64,000 nt of DNA from an uncultured Chloroflexia bacterium (lineage in GTDB: Bacteria; Chloroflexota; Limnocylindria; Limnocylindrales; CSP1-4), in NCBI GenBank assembly GCA_963704935.1, contig CAVPIF010000003.1, positions 1,128,004 through 1,192,003 on the forward strand, written 5' to 3'. Positions 10,507-19,796 of the stretch are shown piece by piece. The position numbers were made by a program, and so were the translations under genes. Position 1 is the stretch's first letter; each line of letters opens with the position of its first letter. The notes under the pieces are model-generated. The model did no database searches, was not told the origin of the DNA, and saw only the letters and a list, made by a program, of their open reading frames with translations.

Positions 10507-11703
10507 CTACGGTTCGGGCAGGTAGGCGATCGGTCCCCCCGAGGCCGCCGGGGCCGCCGACAGGTGGCGGCTGGTGCTCCCCGGAACGTCCGGCTCCAGC
10601 GCACGGCCCGCGGCGCGCTCCGCGGCGTCGGCTGCGGCGAGCTCGATGAGCGTGGCGCTGTCGCGCACCACGGCGGTCCGGAACTGCCCCTCCATGGCCT
10701 GCAGGATGAGCCGATCCTTGAGCGAGCGCGGCCGGGCCACCCGGTAGACGAGGTCGGTCTGATCCGGGCCGCGGGCGATCAGCTCCGTCGTGATCACGAT
10801 CCGCGGAACGCCCTTGAAGGGGGTCTTGACCCGCTTCGTCTCGTACTCGGGCGGGAACCAGTCGAGGACCTCCTCGATGGACACGTTCTTGCCGTGCATG
10901 CAGTGGTTGACGGTACCGACCCCCCGCCGTCCGTTCACGAGGTCCTCGACCACGTCCGTCATGCCCGACGTCCAGCGGATCCGCCGGGCGGGCGATGTGG
11001 CCCATTCCCAGAGGATGCCGCGCGGGACGGCCGCCGGGATGGTGATCACGGCGAGCGCATCGTCGTCAGTGATCTTCGTCCGCTCGCGCCGCCGCTCCTC
11101 CTCCCAGGCCGCGCTCAGGTCGGTGACCCAGCCCACCACCTCACCCACCGACTCGAAGGATTCGCGATGCTCGTGCAGCCCGGCGGCGGGCGGATCGTCG
11201 AGCCCCATCGCCTGCACGAGCGCGTCCGTGTACAGCACGTAGGCCGACATGTCGAGGCTCTCAGCAACGCGGTTCTTCAGCAGGCGGTGGACGACGACCA
11301 CGTCGCTCCCGACCAGTTCCTCCCGCCCCGCCATCCGCTGCCGGGCGATGAGTCCGTGATGGGCGACGAACTTCAGGTCGAGGCCTGGCATGCGCATGCA
11401 GGCGTTGCACTCGCACGTCGAGGCCTGGCGGATGTCGCGGATCCGGCGCTGGAAGGCGAAGTAGCATCGCTCGATGACGTCGCGGAGACCGGGCCCATCG
11501 ACCGTCGCCGCCGGCACGTAGACGAATGCGGCGTCGCCCTCGAGCTTCGCGAGCTTGAAGGCCGGGCGCAGCGCGCCGACGATCACGTCGACGAGATCGG
11601 CGAGGATGTCCTGGGCGTGGTCGAGCTCCACGCCGGCCAGGTAGCCGCTGTACCCGGCGATGTCGGCGATGACGAGACAGGCCGGTTCGGTGCGGGCGAG
11701 CAT
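10507..11703 (-). CDS. DUF2652 (nucleotide-cyclase-like) protein with C-terminal SRPBCC-like domain
   Basis: 398-aa ORF. The N-terminus LVIADIAGYSGYL..LAKLEGDAAFVY..KFVAHHG is typical of DUF2652 proteins. Confidence 0.7.
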   Translation of the reverse strand: MLARTEPACLVIADIAGYSGYLAGVELDHAQDILADLVDVIVGALRPAFKLAKLEGDAAFVYVPAATVDGPGLRDVIERCYFAFQRRIRDIRQASTCECNACMRMPGLDLKFVAHHGLIARQRMAGREELVGSDVVVVHRLLKNRVAESLDMSAYVLYTDALVQAMGLDDPPAAGLHEHRESFESVGEVVGWVTDLSAAWEEERRRERTKITDDDALAVITIPAAVPRGILWEWATSPARRIRWTSGMTDVVEDLVNGRRGVGTVNHCMHGKNVSIEEVLDWFPPEYETKRVKTPFKGVPRIVITTELIARGPDQTDLVYRVARPRSLKDRLILQAMEGQFRTAVVRDSATLIELAAADAAERAAGRALEPDVPGSTSRHLSAAPAASGGPIAYLPEP

Positions 11704-11811
11704 CAGCCGGGCTCCGTCATCAGCTTACGGATCGGATCGACGATCTTGGCGGCGAAGGCGAGGCCCGTTGCTCCCGAGGGCGTCGCGACTGTCATCCGCC
11801 GATTGTCTCAG

Positions 11812-11887
11812 ACGAGGCGGCACAGCTCGTGTGGATCCTGGCCCCTCGCCTGCCTGAGCCGGAGGGGTGGACCAAACGGACGAGTAG
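11812..11887 (+). pseudogene. 3' fragment of the small LuxR/GerE gene family (fragment F0)
   Basis: Encodes ..AQLVWILAPRLPEPEGWTKRTS-stop. It matches only the last ~25 codons of the intact copies at 18472, 27173, 38464 and 39994. The next ~35 nt (to ~11925) resemble the start of the junction block (CACGACGGCGC.CAGGATCC). Confidence 0.7.
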
Positions 11888-11917
11888 CGGGACCGCTTGG
11901 CCGCCGCACGACGGCGC

Positions 11918-12448
11918 TCAGGATCCCTCCTCGACCTTCATCTGCGCGATCCACGCCTCGCGTGTCGGGACCAGCGGTAACTTGAAGGCGATGACGAGAT
12001 AGACGAGGAAGAACAGGCCGGCCGTGACGAGCGCAAGGGCATAGAAGACGGTCCGGATCCAGTCGACGTCGATCTCCGAGTAGGCCGCGAGACCGGTGCA
12101 GACGCCGGCGATCTGTTGACCCTCGCGGATCCGGTGGAGCCGGCGCCGGCGAGGTCGATCCGCGATGACCGCCGCCGGCTGACCATCATCGGCACCAACC
12201 GACCCGACCTCATCGAGGACGACCGAGATGTCCCCCACCGTGAGGATGCGATCGTCGGATCCGAGGCGATCCGTGAGCTTCGCCCCGATCGAGCGCTCGA
12301 GGTCGCTCATGACCTCAGCCTGGTCTGGGTCATCGGCGAGGCGCGATCGAGCATGGTCGAGGTACCTGTCGAGGGCGTCGTAGGCATCCTCGTGCAAGCG
12401 ATACGGATTCGCGGAGCCGACCAGATCGATGTTGATCACCTTGTGCAT
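11918..12448 (-). CDS. PspC-domain membrane protein
   Basis: IAGVCTGLAAYSEIDVDWIRTVFYALALVTAGLFFLVYLVIAF is a PspC domain. The gene is 5 nt downstream of a PadR gene. Confidence 0.85.
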   Translation of the reverse strand: MHKVINIDLVGSANPYRLHEDAYDALDRYLDHARSRLADDPDQAEVMSDLERSIGAKLTDRLGSDDRILTVGDISVVLDEVGSVGADDGQPAAVIADRPRRRRLHRIREGQQIAGVCTGLAAYSEIDVDWIRTVFYALALVTAGLFFLVYLVIAFKLPLVPTREAWIAQMKVEEGS

Positions 12449-12453
12449 GGCGT

Positions 12454-12780
12454 CTATCTCCCCAGTTCTTCGATGAGGGCGGTGAGGGAGGCCCAGTACT
12501 CGCGGAACTCCCGCAACTGCGCCTGACCGCGGTCAGTGAGTCGGTAGTACTTGCGCGGCGGACCCGCGGCCGACTCCTGCCACTCGTAGTCGAGCAGACC
12601 CTCTCGCCGCATCTTGCTCAGCAGGGGGTACAGGGTCCCCTCCTGGGTCGCGAAGTCGGTCGTGCTCAGGCGCCGGATGATGTCGGCCGCGTAGACCACG
12701 TCCGACGACACGACGCCGAGGATGAGGAACTCGAGCAAACCCTTGCGCAGGGCGACGAGCTTGGCGGGGTCGATCATCAT
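12454..12780 (-). CDS. PadR-family transcriptional regulator
   Basis: LLEFLILGVV..YAADIIRRL..GTLYPLLSKMRREGLLDYEWQES..RKYYRLTDRG. The ATG at 12780 is preceded by GAAAGG; the ORF track starts at TTG 12798. Confidence 0.9.
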   Translation of the reverse strand: MMIDPAKLVALRKGLLEFLILGVVSSDVVYAADIIRRLSTTDFATQEGTLYPLLSKMRREGLLDYEWQESAAGPPRKYYRLTDRGQAQLREFREYWASLTALIEELGR

Positions 12781-12804
12781 GCTACCTTTCTCTATCAAGG
12801 TAGC
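12781..12804. promoter_or_regulatory. 8-bp inverted repeat over the PadR ribosome-binding region (candidate operator or hairpin)
   Basis: GCTACCTT-tctctatc-AAGGTAGC lies directly upstream of the PadR ATG. Confidence 0.4.
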
Positions 12805-12899
12805 GTGACGGAACTACACTGTCAACTGGCGCAGCCAATGGTCGTGCAAACGCCACCAGGCTCGACCGGGGCACCATGGGGGCGTGATGGAGGGCGGCA

Positions 12900-13802
12900 A
12901 TGCGGGGTGACCTTCGCGTCGAGCTTCCGGACGGGACCACGGTCGGGTACACGGAGGCCGGTGACCCTGCCGGTCCCCCGGTGGCGTACCTGCACGGGAG
13001 TCCGAGCTCCCGCCTGGAGGTAGGGCTCCCGGGGTTCTGTGAGGCGGCCGAGGACCTCGGCTTCCGGGTCCTTGCCCCGGACCGCCCCGGCATCGGCCTC
13101 TCGACGGCCTCCCGCTACTCGGTCGCGGACTACCCCCGACACGTACGCGACTTCGCCGACGCCGTGGGACTCGGGCGGTTCGCCGTCATCGGCGTCTCCG
13201 GTGGGGGCAAGTACGCCTGCGCCTGTGCCTGGCGGTTGCCCGACCGGGTGACACGAGTCGCACTGGTCTCGTCGACCTGCTCGTTCGATCTGCCCGGTGC
13301 TCGGGCGACGTGGAACGCGGACGACCGGCGGCTGTACCGGCTCGCCGACTGGGCGCCATGGCTGGTCCGTCTCGTCTTCGCCAAGGTCGCTCGTGACGTC
13401 AGGCGTGACCGGGACGCGCTGTTCCCCGCCGTGGAGCGCACCGTGGGGGACGCCGACAAGGAAGTCCTGGCCTCCGAGGGGTTCCGTGAAGCGCTCGGCA
13501 GAGACGCCAGTGAGGCGTTTCGGCAGGGAGGACGCGGTCCAGCCCACGATCTGACCCTTGAGGCCCGGCCGTGGGGTGTGCCGCTCGAGCGGATCCAGGC
13601 GCCGATCGAGATCTGGCACGGCGATGAGGATCGCGTTGTGTCGCCCGAGCAGAGCCGCATCCTGGCCCGGGCGCTGCCGCTCGCCACGGAACACTTCGTG
13701 CCGGGAGAGGGCCACTTCTCGCTGGTCGCCCGCCATGCCCAAGCCATCCTGCAGTCCGTCGCTGGCGAAGCGGGTGAGAACCCGCGCACTGTCAGCGCCT
13801 AG
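12900..13802 (+). CDS. Alpha/beta-fold hydrolase
   Basis: 300-aa ORF with HGSPSSR, the nucleophile elbow GVSGGG, and C-terminal HGDEDRVV..GEGHFS. Confidence 0.9.
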   Translation: MRGDLRVELPDGTTVGYTEAGDPAGPPVAYLHGSPSSRLEVGLPGFCEAAEDLGFRVLAPDRPGIGLSTASRYSVADYPRHVRDFADAVGLGRFAVIGVSGGGKYACACAWRLPDRVTRVALVSSTCSFDLPGARATWNADDRRLYRLADWAPWLVRLVFAKVARDVRRDRDALFPAVERTVGDADKEVLASEGFREALGRDASEAFRQGGRGPAHDLTLEARPWGVPLERIQAPIEIWHGDEDRVVSPEQSRILARALPLATEHFVPGEGHFSLVARHAQAILQSVAGEAGENPRTVSA

Positions 13803-13839
13803 CGCCGGTTGGCGAAGGCGAGAGGCGGGTCTACTAGGG

Positions 13840-14049
13840 GCGATTGGGGTCACAGCGTCTGGCTGGTGGATGTCGACGATGTGCAGCCACGCCGCAAGCA
13901 GCGCCTCCTGGACCGCGTCGGCCGCATCGGCGTCTCTGCGGAGAATCAGCCAGGCGGTGCGATGGAGCCGAATCGACGGCGCCCGCGGCCAGGGTCGAGA
14001 AGGCGTCGTGATCAGCGCTCCTGGCGCGAATGACGAGGTCTCGCTGCAT
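13840..14049 (-). pseudogene. Remnant of an ECF sigma-70 factor (region 2 only, frameshifted, truncated)
   Basis: RARSADHDAFSTLAAGAVD in one frame continues as RLHRTAWLILRRDADAADAVQEALLAAW in another. There is no region 4, and the reading then enters the antisense of the hydrolase gene. Confidence 0.45.
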
Positions 14050-14314
14050 CGGTTACCTGCACTGGCCGCGGCCGGGTGGCCGTGCTCAACCATCATGAGT
14101 CCGCGGACGGATCTCGAACTCGTCGAGACCCGCACCTTCAGCTCAAGCGTCATCTACCTCCGCTATCGCGTGGCACGCGAGCCGGCTCGGCCGTCGTCGA
14201 AGCCGAAGCCGGCATGACCCGGCCTCCGCCGACTCGTGGGTCAGCCTCCTCAGGGGAGCCGTTGGGCGAGGCAGCTCGACTCCCCTCGGCGGTCGCCGTG
14301 GATGACCGGGGGCG

Positions 14315-15418
14315 TCAGCGAGGAGACGTCGCGAGCGGCAGGGCTTCTTTCGGGAACGCCCGGCGGCCGAGCCAGAACGCCACGTTGACGAGCGCGATCA
14401 TCACCGGCACCTCGACCAGGGGACCGATGACTGCCGCGAACGCGGCGCCGCTGGAGATCCCGAAGGTCGCCACGGCGACCGCGATGGCGAGCTCGAAGTT
14501 GTTCGATGCCGCTGTGAACGAGAGCGAGACCGTCTGGCCGTAGGTCGCCTTCGCCCGGACGCCCATCCAGAACGTGACGAGGAACATGACCACGAAGTAG
14601 ATGAGCAGCGGGACGGCGATCCGCACGACGTCGAGGGGCAGGGCCACAATGTCCTCGCCCGTGAGGGAGAACATCACGATGATCGTGAACAGCAGGGCCA
14701 CCAGCGTGATCGGGCTGATCCGCGGGATGAACACCGCCTCGTACCAGGCGCGGCCCTTGCGGCGGATGAGGACGACCCGCGTGAGGAATCCCGCGATGAA
14801 CGGGATGCCGAGGTAGACGAACACGCTCCCGGCGATCTGCGGCACCGTGATCTGGACGACGGTCCCCTGGAGCCCGAACCACGTCGGCAGCACCGTGATG
14901 AACACGTACGCGAAGACCGCGTAGAACAGGACCTGGAAGATCGAGTTGAAGGCCACCAGGCCGGCGGCGTACTCGGGGTCGCCGCGCGCGAGGTCGTTCC
15001 ACACGATGACCATCGCGATGCACCGGGCGAGGCCGATGAGGATGAGGCCCGCCATGTACTCGGGGTAGTCGCGAAGGAAGACCACGGCCAGGGCGAACAT
15101 CAGCAGCGGCCCCACGACCCAGTTCTGGACCAGCGAGAGTGCCAGGATCTTCACGTCGCGGAAGACGCGGCCGATCTCCTCGTAGCGGACCTTCGCGAGG
15201 GGTGGGTACATCATCAGGATCAGCCCGACGGCGATGGGGATCGAGGTCGTGCCGACGCTCAGCCGGTCGAGGAACGGGACGACCCCGGGCGCGAGGTAGC
15301 CGAGGGCGACGCCGAAGGCCATCGCCGCGAAGATCCAGACCGTGAGGTATCGGTCGAGCAGCTTGAGGCGCCGGGCAGGCGCGGCTGCGGCGAGCGCCGC
15401 CGGAGCGGGGACGGTCAT
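14315..15418 (-). CDS. acr3: ACR3-family arsenite efflux transporter
   Basis: 367-aa polytopic [41 protein letters not shown] and [15 protein letters not shown] are ACR3 hallmarks. Confidence 0.95.
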   Translation of the reverse strand: MTVPAPAALAAAAPARRLKLLDRYLTVWIFAAMAFGVALGYLAPGVVPFLDRLSVGTTSIPIAVGLILMMYPPLAKVRYEEIGRVFRDVKILALSLVQNWVVGPLLMFALAVVFLRDYPEYMAGLILIGLARCIAMVIVWNDLARGDPEYAAGLVAFNSIFQVLFYAVFAYVFITVLPTWFGLQGTVVQITVPQIAGSVFVYLGIPFIAGFLTRVVLIRRKGRAWYEAVFIPRISPITLVALLFTIIVMFSLTGEDIVALPLDVVRIAVPLLIYFVVMFLVTFWMGVRAKATYGQTVSLSFTAASNNFELAIAVAVATFGISSGAAFAAVIGPLVEVPVMIALVNVAFWLGRRAFPKEALPLATSPR

Positions 15419-15555
15419 CGCGCGAGACTCGGTCGCGGCGTCCGGCCCGCCGCCGCCAGACCGATCCGGTTGAAGTCGGCGATGAGCTCGGCCGGCACCC
15501 CGAGGACCGCCTCGGCGATGAGCAGGTCGTCGGCGAGCGCGAGGTAGACGGTCAT
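15415..15555 (-). pseudogene. N-terminal stub (46 codons) of a Doc/Fic-type toxin
   Basis: [33 protein letters not shown] resembles the first third of Doc toxins and lacks the HxFxDGNKR motif. Its ATG overlaps the antitoxin stop (ATGA at 15552..15555). Its stop overlaps the acr3 ATG (ATGA at 15415..15418). Confidence 0.5.
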
Positions 15556-15764
15556 CTGGCCAGACGTTCGAGGATCTCGCGATTGCGCTCGATGCTGGCC
15601 TTCAGGCGCTGTCGGAAGTCGGGGTCGGACCGGCGAGCCTCGATGTGGGCGGCGATCGCCCGCTGGATCTCTTCGTTGACCGAGACTTCGTCGACGCCGG
15701 CGATCGCCTCGAGGGCTTCGGCCTGGTCGGCAGGTAGTCGCAGGGTGCGGGACTTGATCGTCAT
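15552..15764 (-). CDS. Ribbon-helix-helix (CopG/Arc-type) antitoxin
   Basis: [22 protein letters not shown].. has the RHH beta-strand and helix pattern, and the gene lies upstream of the Doc stub. The ATG at 15764 was preferred to the track start at 15797. Confidence 0.7.
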   Translation of the reverse strand: MTIKSRTLRLPADQAEALEAIAGVDEVSVNEEIQRAIAAHIEARRSDPDFRQRLKASIERNREILERLAR

Positions 15765-15925
15765 GGCGGCGTCCAGTTCGTGGAGCGGTGCTCCCATGAT
15801 ACCACGGTATCTCGGTGCGCCTGCCGTCGCGATCCACTCATCCCCTGGCTACACGGAGCTCGTTCGCCCTTCTGTGCTCCAGCCTACCCATGGTCAGGCC
15901 GCACGGACAGGAGTAGGCTGCGCCC

Positions 15926-17101
15926 GTGGTTGACCAGGGAGGGACGACCCAGCGGCTTGCGGCAGTGCTGGGCGGCGCGCTCCTCGTGTTCACGGTCAGC
16001 GGATGCGCCGGCGGGTCGCCATCGCCCTCCGCACTCGCCTCTCCGTCTGGGGAGCCCACGACGCCTTCACCATCTGCTTCAGCCTCCTCGGAGCCCAGCG
16101 ATCCCGCCGCAGGTACCTGGATCCCGGCGCCAGGCATGGTGGCCGCGCGCACCTATCACACGGCTACCCTCCTGAACGACGGCACCGTGCTGGTGGCCGG
16201 CGGGGAGGGCAGCGCCTCCCCCCCGCCCGCCTCCGCGGAGATCTATGACCCGATCGCCGGGACATGGACGGCCATCGCCGATATGCACCGCGGCAGGCGT
16301 GGCCACACTGCCACGCTGCTTCTGGACGGCAGGGCCCTCGTGGTAGCGGGCGACTGCGATGAGGTCAACCACGTCGGCTCGGCCGAGCTGTACGACCCCG
16401 AGACGCGGACCTGGACCATGACCGCGAGCCCGACCGGGGAGGCCTGCGGCGATCAGACAGCCACCCTGCTGCTCGACGGCACGGTCCTGCTGGCAGGCGG
16501 CGAGGGCATTGGCATCGATTCCTCGTTTGCCTTGGCCGAGCTGTATGACCCGGACACCGAAACCTGGACCGTTACCGGGAACATGATCGAGGACCATCAC
16601 GGGCATACGGCCACCCTGCTGCTCGACGGCACGGTGCTGGTGGTGGGCGGTGGCCGCAGCGACGGTTCACCAGTCGGGGCCGAGCTATACGACCCGCGCA
16701 CCAGGACCTGGACTGCTGCGGGAGCCGTTCTCGGAGGGCACCACAATCATGCGGCCACGCTGCTGCCCGATGGCAGGGTGCTGGTGTCGGGAACCGGCGG
16801 AGGCGGGGCGCAGGTGTCGGCCGAGCTATACGACCCTGACAGCGGGTCCTGGACAGCGGCCGCACCCATGCTCGAGGACCGCTCCGGTCACACCGCCGCA
16901 CTGCTACTGGATGGTCGCGTGCTCGTAGCTGGCGGCCAAAGACCCGCTGAGCTGTATGACCTCGAAACAGGGGCCTGGGCTGCCGCCGCTCCGGCTGGGG
17001 GCAGCGCCGCCGAGACCGCAACGCTGCTAAATGACGGTCGAGTGCTGGTCGTTGGCGGCGGAAGCGCCAGCCTGTTCGTCCCCGGAGATCAGCCAACGTA
17101 G
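15926..17101 (+). CDS. Kelch-repeat (beta-propeller) lipoprotein, copy 1
   Basis: Signal peptide plus lipobox (LLVFTVSGCAG), a Pro/Ser linker, then ~7 repeats of AELYDPxTxTWTxxxxMxxxRxxHTATLLxDGxVLVxGG. Paralogue at 42124..43299. Confidence 0.85.
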   Translation: MVDQGGTTQRLAAVLGGALLVFTVSGCAGGSPSPSALASPSGEPTTPSPSASASSEPSDPAAGTWIPAPGMVAARTYHTATLLNDGTVLVAGGEGSASPPPASAEIYDPIAGTWTAIADMHRGRRGHTATLLLDGRALVVAGDCDEVNHVGSAELYDPETRTWTMTASPTGEACGDQTATLLLDGTVLLAGGEGIGIDSSFALAELYDPDTETWTVTGNMIEDHHGHTATLLLDGTVLVVGGGRSDGSPVGAELYDPRTRTWTAAGAVLGGHHNHAATLLPDGRVLVSGTGGGGAQVSAELYDPDSGSWTAAAPMLEDRSGHTAALLLDGRVLVAGGQRPAELYDLETGAWAAAAPAGGSAAETATLLNDGRVLVVGGGSASLFVPGDQPT

Positions 17102-17476
17102 GCCCGGCCCGATGCCCAACCGACGGCGACCGCACGATCTGATGTCGCGGCCAGGCCAGCGCCGGTACGACTCTGCATCGGGCATCGAGGGCAGTCCGGC
17201 CACCCGTTGCAGGCTACGCCGTCGTCGCTTCGCCACAACTCCAGCTCGCCCACCCGATCGACGTCCTGGTTCCGGGCGCCCAGTGCGAGGACTTGCCTGC
17301 CCGAGACGCTCACCCTGCAGGGCCGCGCCCGCTCAAGCGTCGAGATCCAGCTCGAGCCGTTGGTCGATGTCGCGACGATGTCGACGGCTGAGGCGTTGCC
17401 GCATTCCGGCTGGCAGATCGTGCCGATGGCGCCGACTGACGCCCCGCGACCTCGCCCGCGGCGGCTCGTCTCGAGG

Positions 17477-17881
17477 TCAGGCGGTCACGACCGCGAGGCC
17501 AAGGGCGCGAGCCGCCTGCGCCTGGCGCAGGTCGAACGTCAGGAAGCTCACCCCGGGCTCGGAGACCCGCTGCGCGGCCGCCAGGTGGAGGGCGTCGAGC
17601 GTTCGCACGCCGGTCGCCTCCGCGATCGAGGCCGCCGACTCGCAGGTCGCCTCGTCGAGCTCGACGATGGAGATGGAGCGCAGATCGTCCGCGAAGGCGG
17701 CTCGCGCGGCGACGAGGTCACGTCCCGAGAGCAAGCGGGCGAGGATGCGGCGGACCTCGACGATCGTGTGTCGGGCCGTCAGGAGCCCGTGATCGGCCCG
17801 CAGCAGCGCGTCCGCGGCGGCCGAGTCGGCCTCCTCCACGTAGCGCTTGAGCAGGGCGCTCGAGTCGACGTAGGTGCTCAC
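17477..17881 (-). CDS. vapC: PIN-domain toxin VapC
   Basis: YVDSSALLKRYVEE..TLDALHLAAA pattern of PIN acidic residues. The start overlaps the vapB stop by 4 nt. Confidence 0.9.
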   Translation of the reverse strand: MSTYVDSSALLKRYVEEADSAAADALLRADHGLLTARHTIVEVRRILARLLSGRDLVAARAAFADDLRSISIVELDEATCESAASIAEATGVRTLDALHLAAAQRVSEPGVSFLTFDLRQAQAARALGLAVVTA

Positions 17882-18138
17882 TCGCCGCGGTCCTCAGCCA
17901 GCACATCGAGCACCCGCCTCGACGCCTTCGACCGGTGCGCCGGCCCGAGCGGCGAGCCCGTGCCCGGGGTGATCCAGCCGGCACGAATCCCGTCCTCGAT
18001 CCGAGCGCGGCCCGGCACCGGGCCGAGTACCGCCTTCGGCCGCCCGCGGTCGGTGACTCGCAGGACCTCTCCTCGCTCCGCCCGGTCCAGGTACTCGGAC
18101 AGGCGCTGCTTCAGTTCCCGGATCCCGACGTCAGCCAT
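17878..18138 (-). CDS. vapB: Phd/YefM-type antitoxin (VapB)
   Basis: MADVGIRELKQRLSEYLDRAERGEVLRVTDRGRPKAVL is a typical Phd/YefM N-terminus. It forms an operon with vapC. Confidence 0.85.
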   Translation of the reverse strand: MADVGIRELKQRLSEYLDRAERGEVLRVTDRGRPKAVLGPVPGRARIEDGIRAGWITPGTGSPLGPAHRSKASRRVLDVLAEDRGE

Positions 18139-18168
18139 GTGGACACGTTACTACAGAGATGTGTCCAC
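18139..18168. promoter_or_regulatory. Perfect 8-bp inverted repeat abutting the vapB start (candidate antitoxin operator)
   Basis: GTGGACAC-gttactacagagat-GTGTCCAC begins immediately 5' of the vapB ATG (18138). Confidence 0.5.
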
Positions 18169-18375
18169 ATCAACACAGGAACGAGGACGACGGCGCGGCC
18201 GAGACGGATGAGTGGTGATCTGGTCGACGAGGTTGTGGGGCCGCGAGCCAGACCGAGGGTACTGGCGCAACACACGGCGAGACCCCAGCCGATGACCGGG
18301 GTCCCAAGCGACAAGCTGATCACATGTCACGCATGACGCGACTCATGTGTCACCGATGTCGCGACTCAAGACAAT

Positions 18376-18391
18376 TGGCCGGGGCGAGAGG
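18376..18391 (+). repeat. att-like copy (15/16) of the 3'-terminal 16 nt of tRNA-Pro(CGG)
   Basis: TGGCCGGGGCGAGAGG versus TGGTCGGGGCGAGAGG at 43446..43461. The ~50 nt to its left resemble the Fic-side flank of the copies at 27077 and 38368. A LuxR ATG lies 81 nt to its right. Confidence 0.7.
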
Positions 18392-18471
18392 GATAGCCCC
18401 GCCACCAACGACCTTCCGATCGCGATGCGTCTCGCCGAGCCGCCGGAGCCCATCGAGCTGGTCCGCAGCGC

Positions 18472-18801
18472 ATGACGCGACGGTCGTCCCGCCGCCCCGC
18501 CGAGCGCGCGACCGACCGTGAGGTCGGCGTGGTCGCTGCCGTCCTGGTCGCCGGCTCGGAAAAGGCAGCCGCGCACCGGCTCGGCCTGGCGCACTCGACC
18601 GTGAAGCACCATCTGGCGAACGCCCGGTCCAAGGTCGGGGTGGCCACGACGGCGCAGCTCGTCTGGATCCTGGCGCCGCGCCTGCCAGAACCCGAGGAGG
18701 GAGCGGCAGAGGGACGGTCTGCGATCGCAGCCTCCGACGGTCGCCAGGCTGAGCGGAATGCAGCGGGCAGCGATGTCGATCGCCTTGACCGTGGTAGGTG
18801 A
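18472..18801 (+). CDS. Small LuxR/GerE-type HTH protein (copy L1, with a 30-codon C-terminal extension)
   Basis: MTRRSSRRPAERATDREVGVVAAVLVAGSEKAAAHRLGLAHSTVKHHLANARSKVGVATTAQLVWILAPRLPEPE, then extra residues instead of the usual stop. Its stop overlaps a GTG of the next ORF (GTGA at 18798). Confidence 0.8.
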   Translation: MTRRSSRRPAERATDREVGVVAAVLVAGSEKAAAHRLGLAHSTVKHHLANARSKVGVATTAQLVWILAPRLPEPEEGAAEGRSAIAASDGRQAERNAAGSDVDRLDRGR

Positions 18802-18860
18802 CGAGCCCATCGTGGACCGATCCATCCAGTGCCGTCGCGACCGAGGAGGAGTTGAGTTCG

Positions 18861-19538
18861 ATGGACCGTGACGACCCCGCCTACGCCGGCCAGCAGGAGT
18901 ACAGCCCCGTGTTCCTGCGGATCTACGACCCCTTGATCCTCGGTCTCTTCTTGCCGTTCGTGTGGCGCTGCCCGACGACGCACCTCGTGGAGCGATACCG
19001 AAAGCACGTGGGCCCGCGGCACCTCGACGTCGGTCCAGGTACGGGCTACTTCCTTGAACGGGCGGGCCTGCCCGACCGGAGTTCTGTCACCCTCCTCGAC
19101 CCCAACGTGAACGTCCTCGGTCACGCCTCGCGGCGGTTGCACCGGCTCGATGTCACGATCATCGAGGCCGATGTCCTCAAGCCACTCCCGGTCGAAGGAC
19201 CGTTCGACTCGGCCGCCCTCAACGGGGTGCTCCATTGCGTGCCGGGGCCACTCTCACGCAAGGCTGCTGCCATCGCCAACGTGGCCGCCGTGCTCGCCCC
19301 GACCGGCGTGCTCTTCGGTGCCTCGATCCTCGGGGACGCCGGGCGACACACCTGGCTGGCGCGGAGCATGCTCAAGGCCAACAACCGGCGGGGCATTTTC
19401 GACAACCTTTACGACACCGAGGACGGCATCCGCCAGATCCTCGAAGCATCGTTCGAGCGGGTGGAGATGGCGACCGTCGGTTCGATGGCTATCTTCGCGG
19501 CCACGAATCCACGAGTCTCATCCCTCGCCACCCTCTAG
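18861..19538 (+). CDS. Class I SAM-dependent methyltransferase
   Basis: HLDVGPGTGYFL (motif I), TLLDPN, FDSAALNGVLHCV. The ATG at 18861 was chosen; a GTG at 18798 coupled to L1 is an alternative start. Confidence 0.85.
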   Translation: MDRDDPAYAGQQEYSPVFLRIYDPLILGLFLPFVWRCPTTHLVERYRKHVGPRHLDVGPGTGYFLERAGLPDRSSVTLLDPNVNVLGHASRRLHRLDVTIIEADVLKPLPVEGPFDSAALNGVLHCVPGPLSRKAAAIANVAAVLAPTGVLFGASILGDAGRHTWLARSMLKANNRRGIFDNLYDTEDGIRQILEASFERVEMATVGSMAIFAATNPRVSSLATL

Positions 19539-19574
19539 CCGCTGTGCCGTAACTCGCGTCTCCCCGACCGCTGA

Positions 19575-19708
19575 CATGGCCCAAACGGCCAAGTAGAAAC
19601 CGCGGCGCCTCCCCGCCACCCTTGGAGGCATGACGGCGCGCTGGTCCGATCCAGGTCGACTCCCGGGCCCTCGGCCTGTTGCGACCCCGGGTACGCCCGC
19701 GCCGTCAG
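19575..19708 (+). repeat. Junction block copy P_b (LuxR 3' remnant plus LuxR-5'-like leader), not followed by a lysis cassette
   Basis: CATGGCCCAAACGGCCAAGTAGAAACCGCGGCGCCTCCCCGCCACCCTTGGAGGCATGACGGCGCGCTGGTCCGATCCA.. matches the blocks at 20512, 31710 and 41218. Similarity persists, with an insertion, to ..GGGTACGCCCGCGCCGTCA. Confidence 0.75.
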
Positions 19709-19796
19709 CGGTCGCCCTCCCAACGGACACGGGAGAAGCCAACCATGGGCAACCCGACAAGGACTGCAACCGCCGGCCGGGCCGGGCCGGACCCGG

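Noticed and set aside
12822-14153. A 443-aa minus-strand ORF covering the hydrolase locus
   Set aside because: It is antisense to the alpha/beta hydrolase. Only a short internal stretch (the sigma-factor remnant) looks protein-like.
17102-17476. The 375-nt gap after Kelch copy 1 containing a plus-strand frame with high third-position GC (..VEIQLEPLVDVATMSTAEALPHSGWQIVPMAPTD..)
   Set aside because: It has no start or RBS context, no recognisable family, and the frame merges into the antisense of vapC. It is possibly a gene remnant but is not supportable as a feature.
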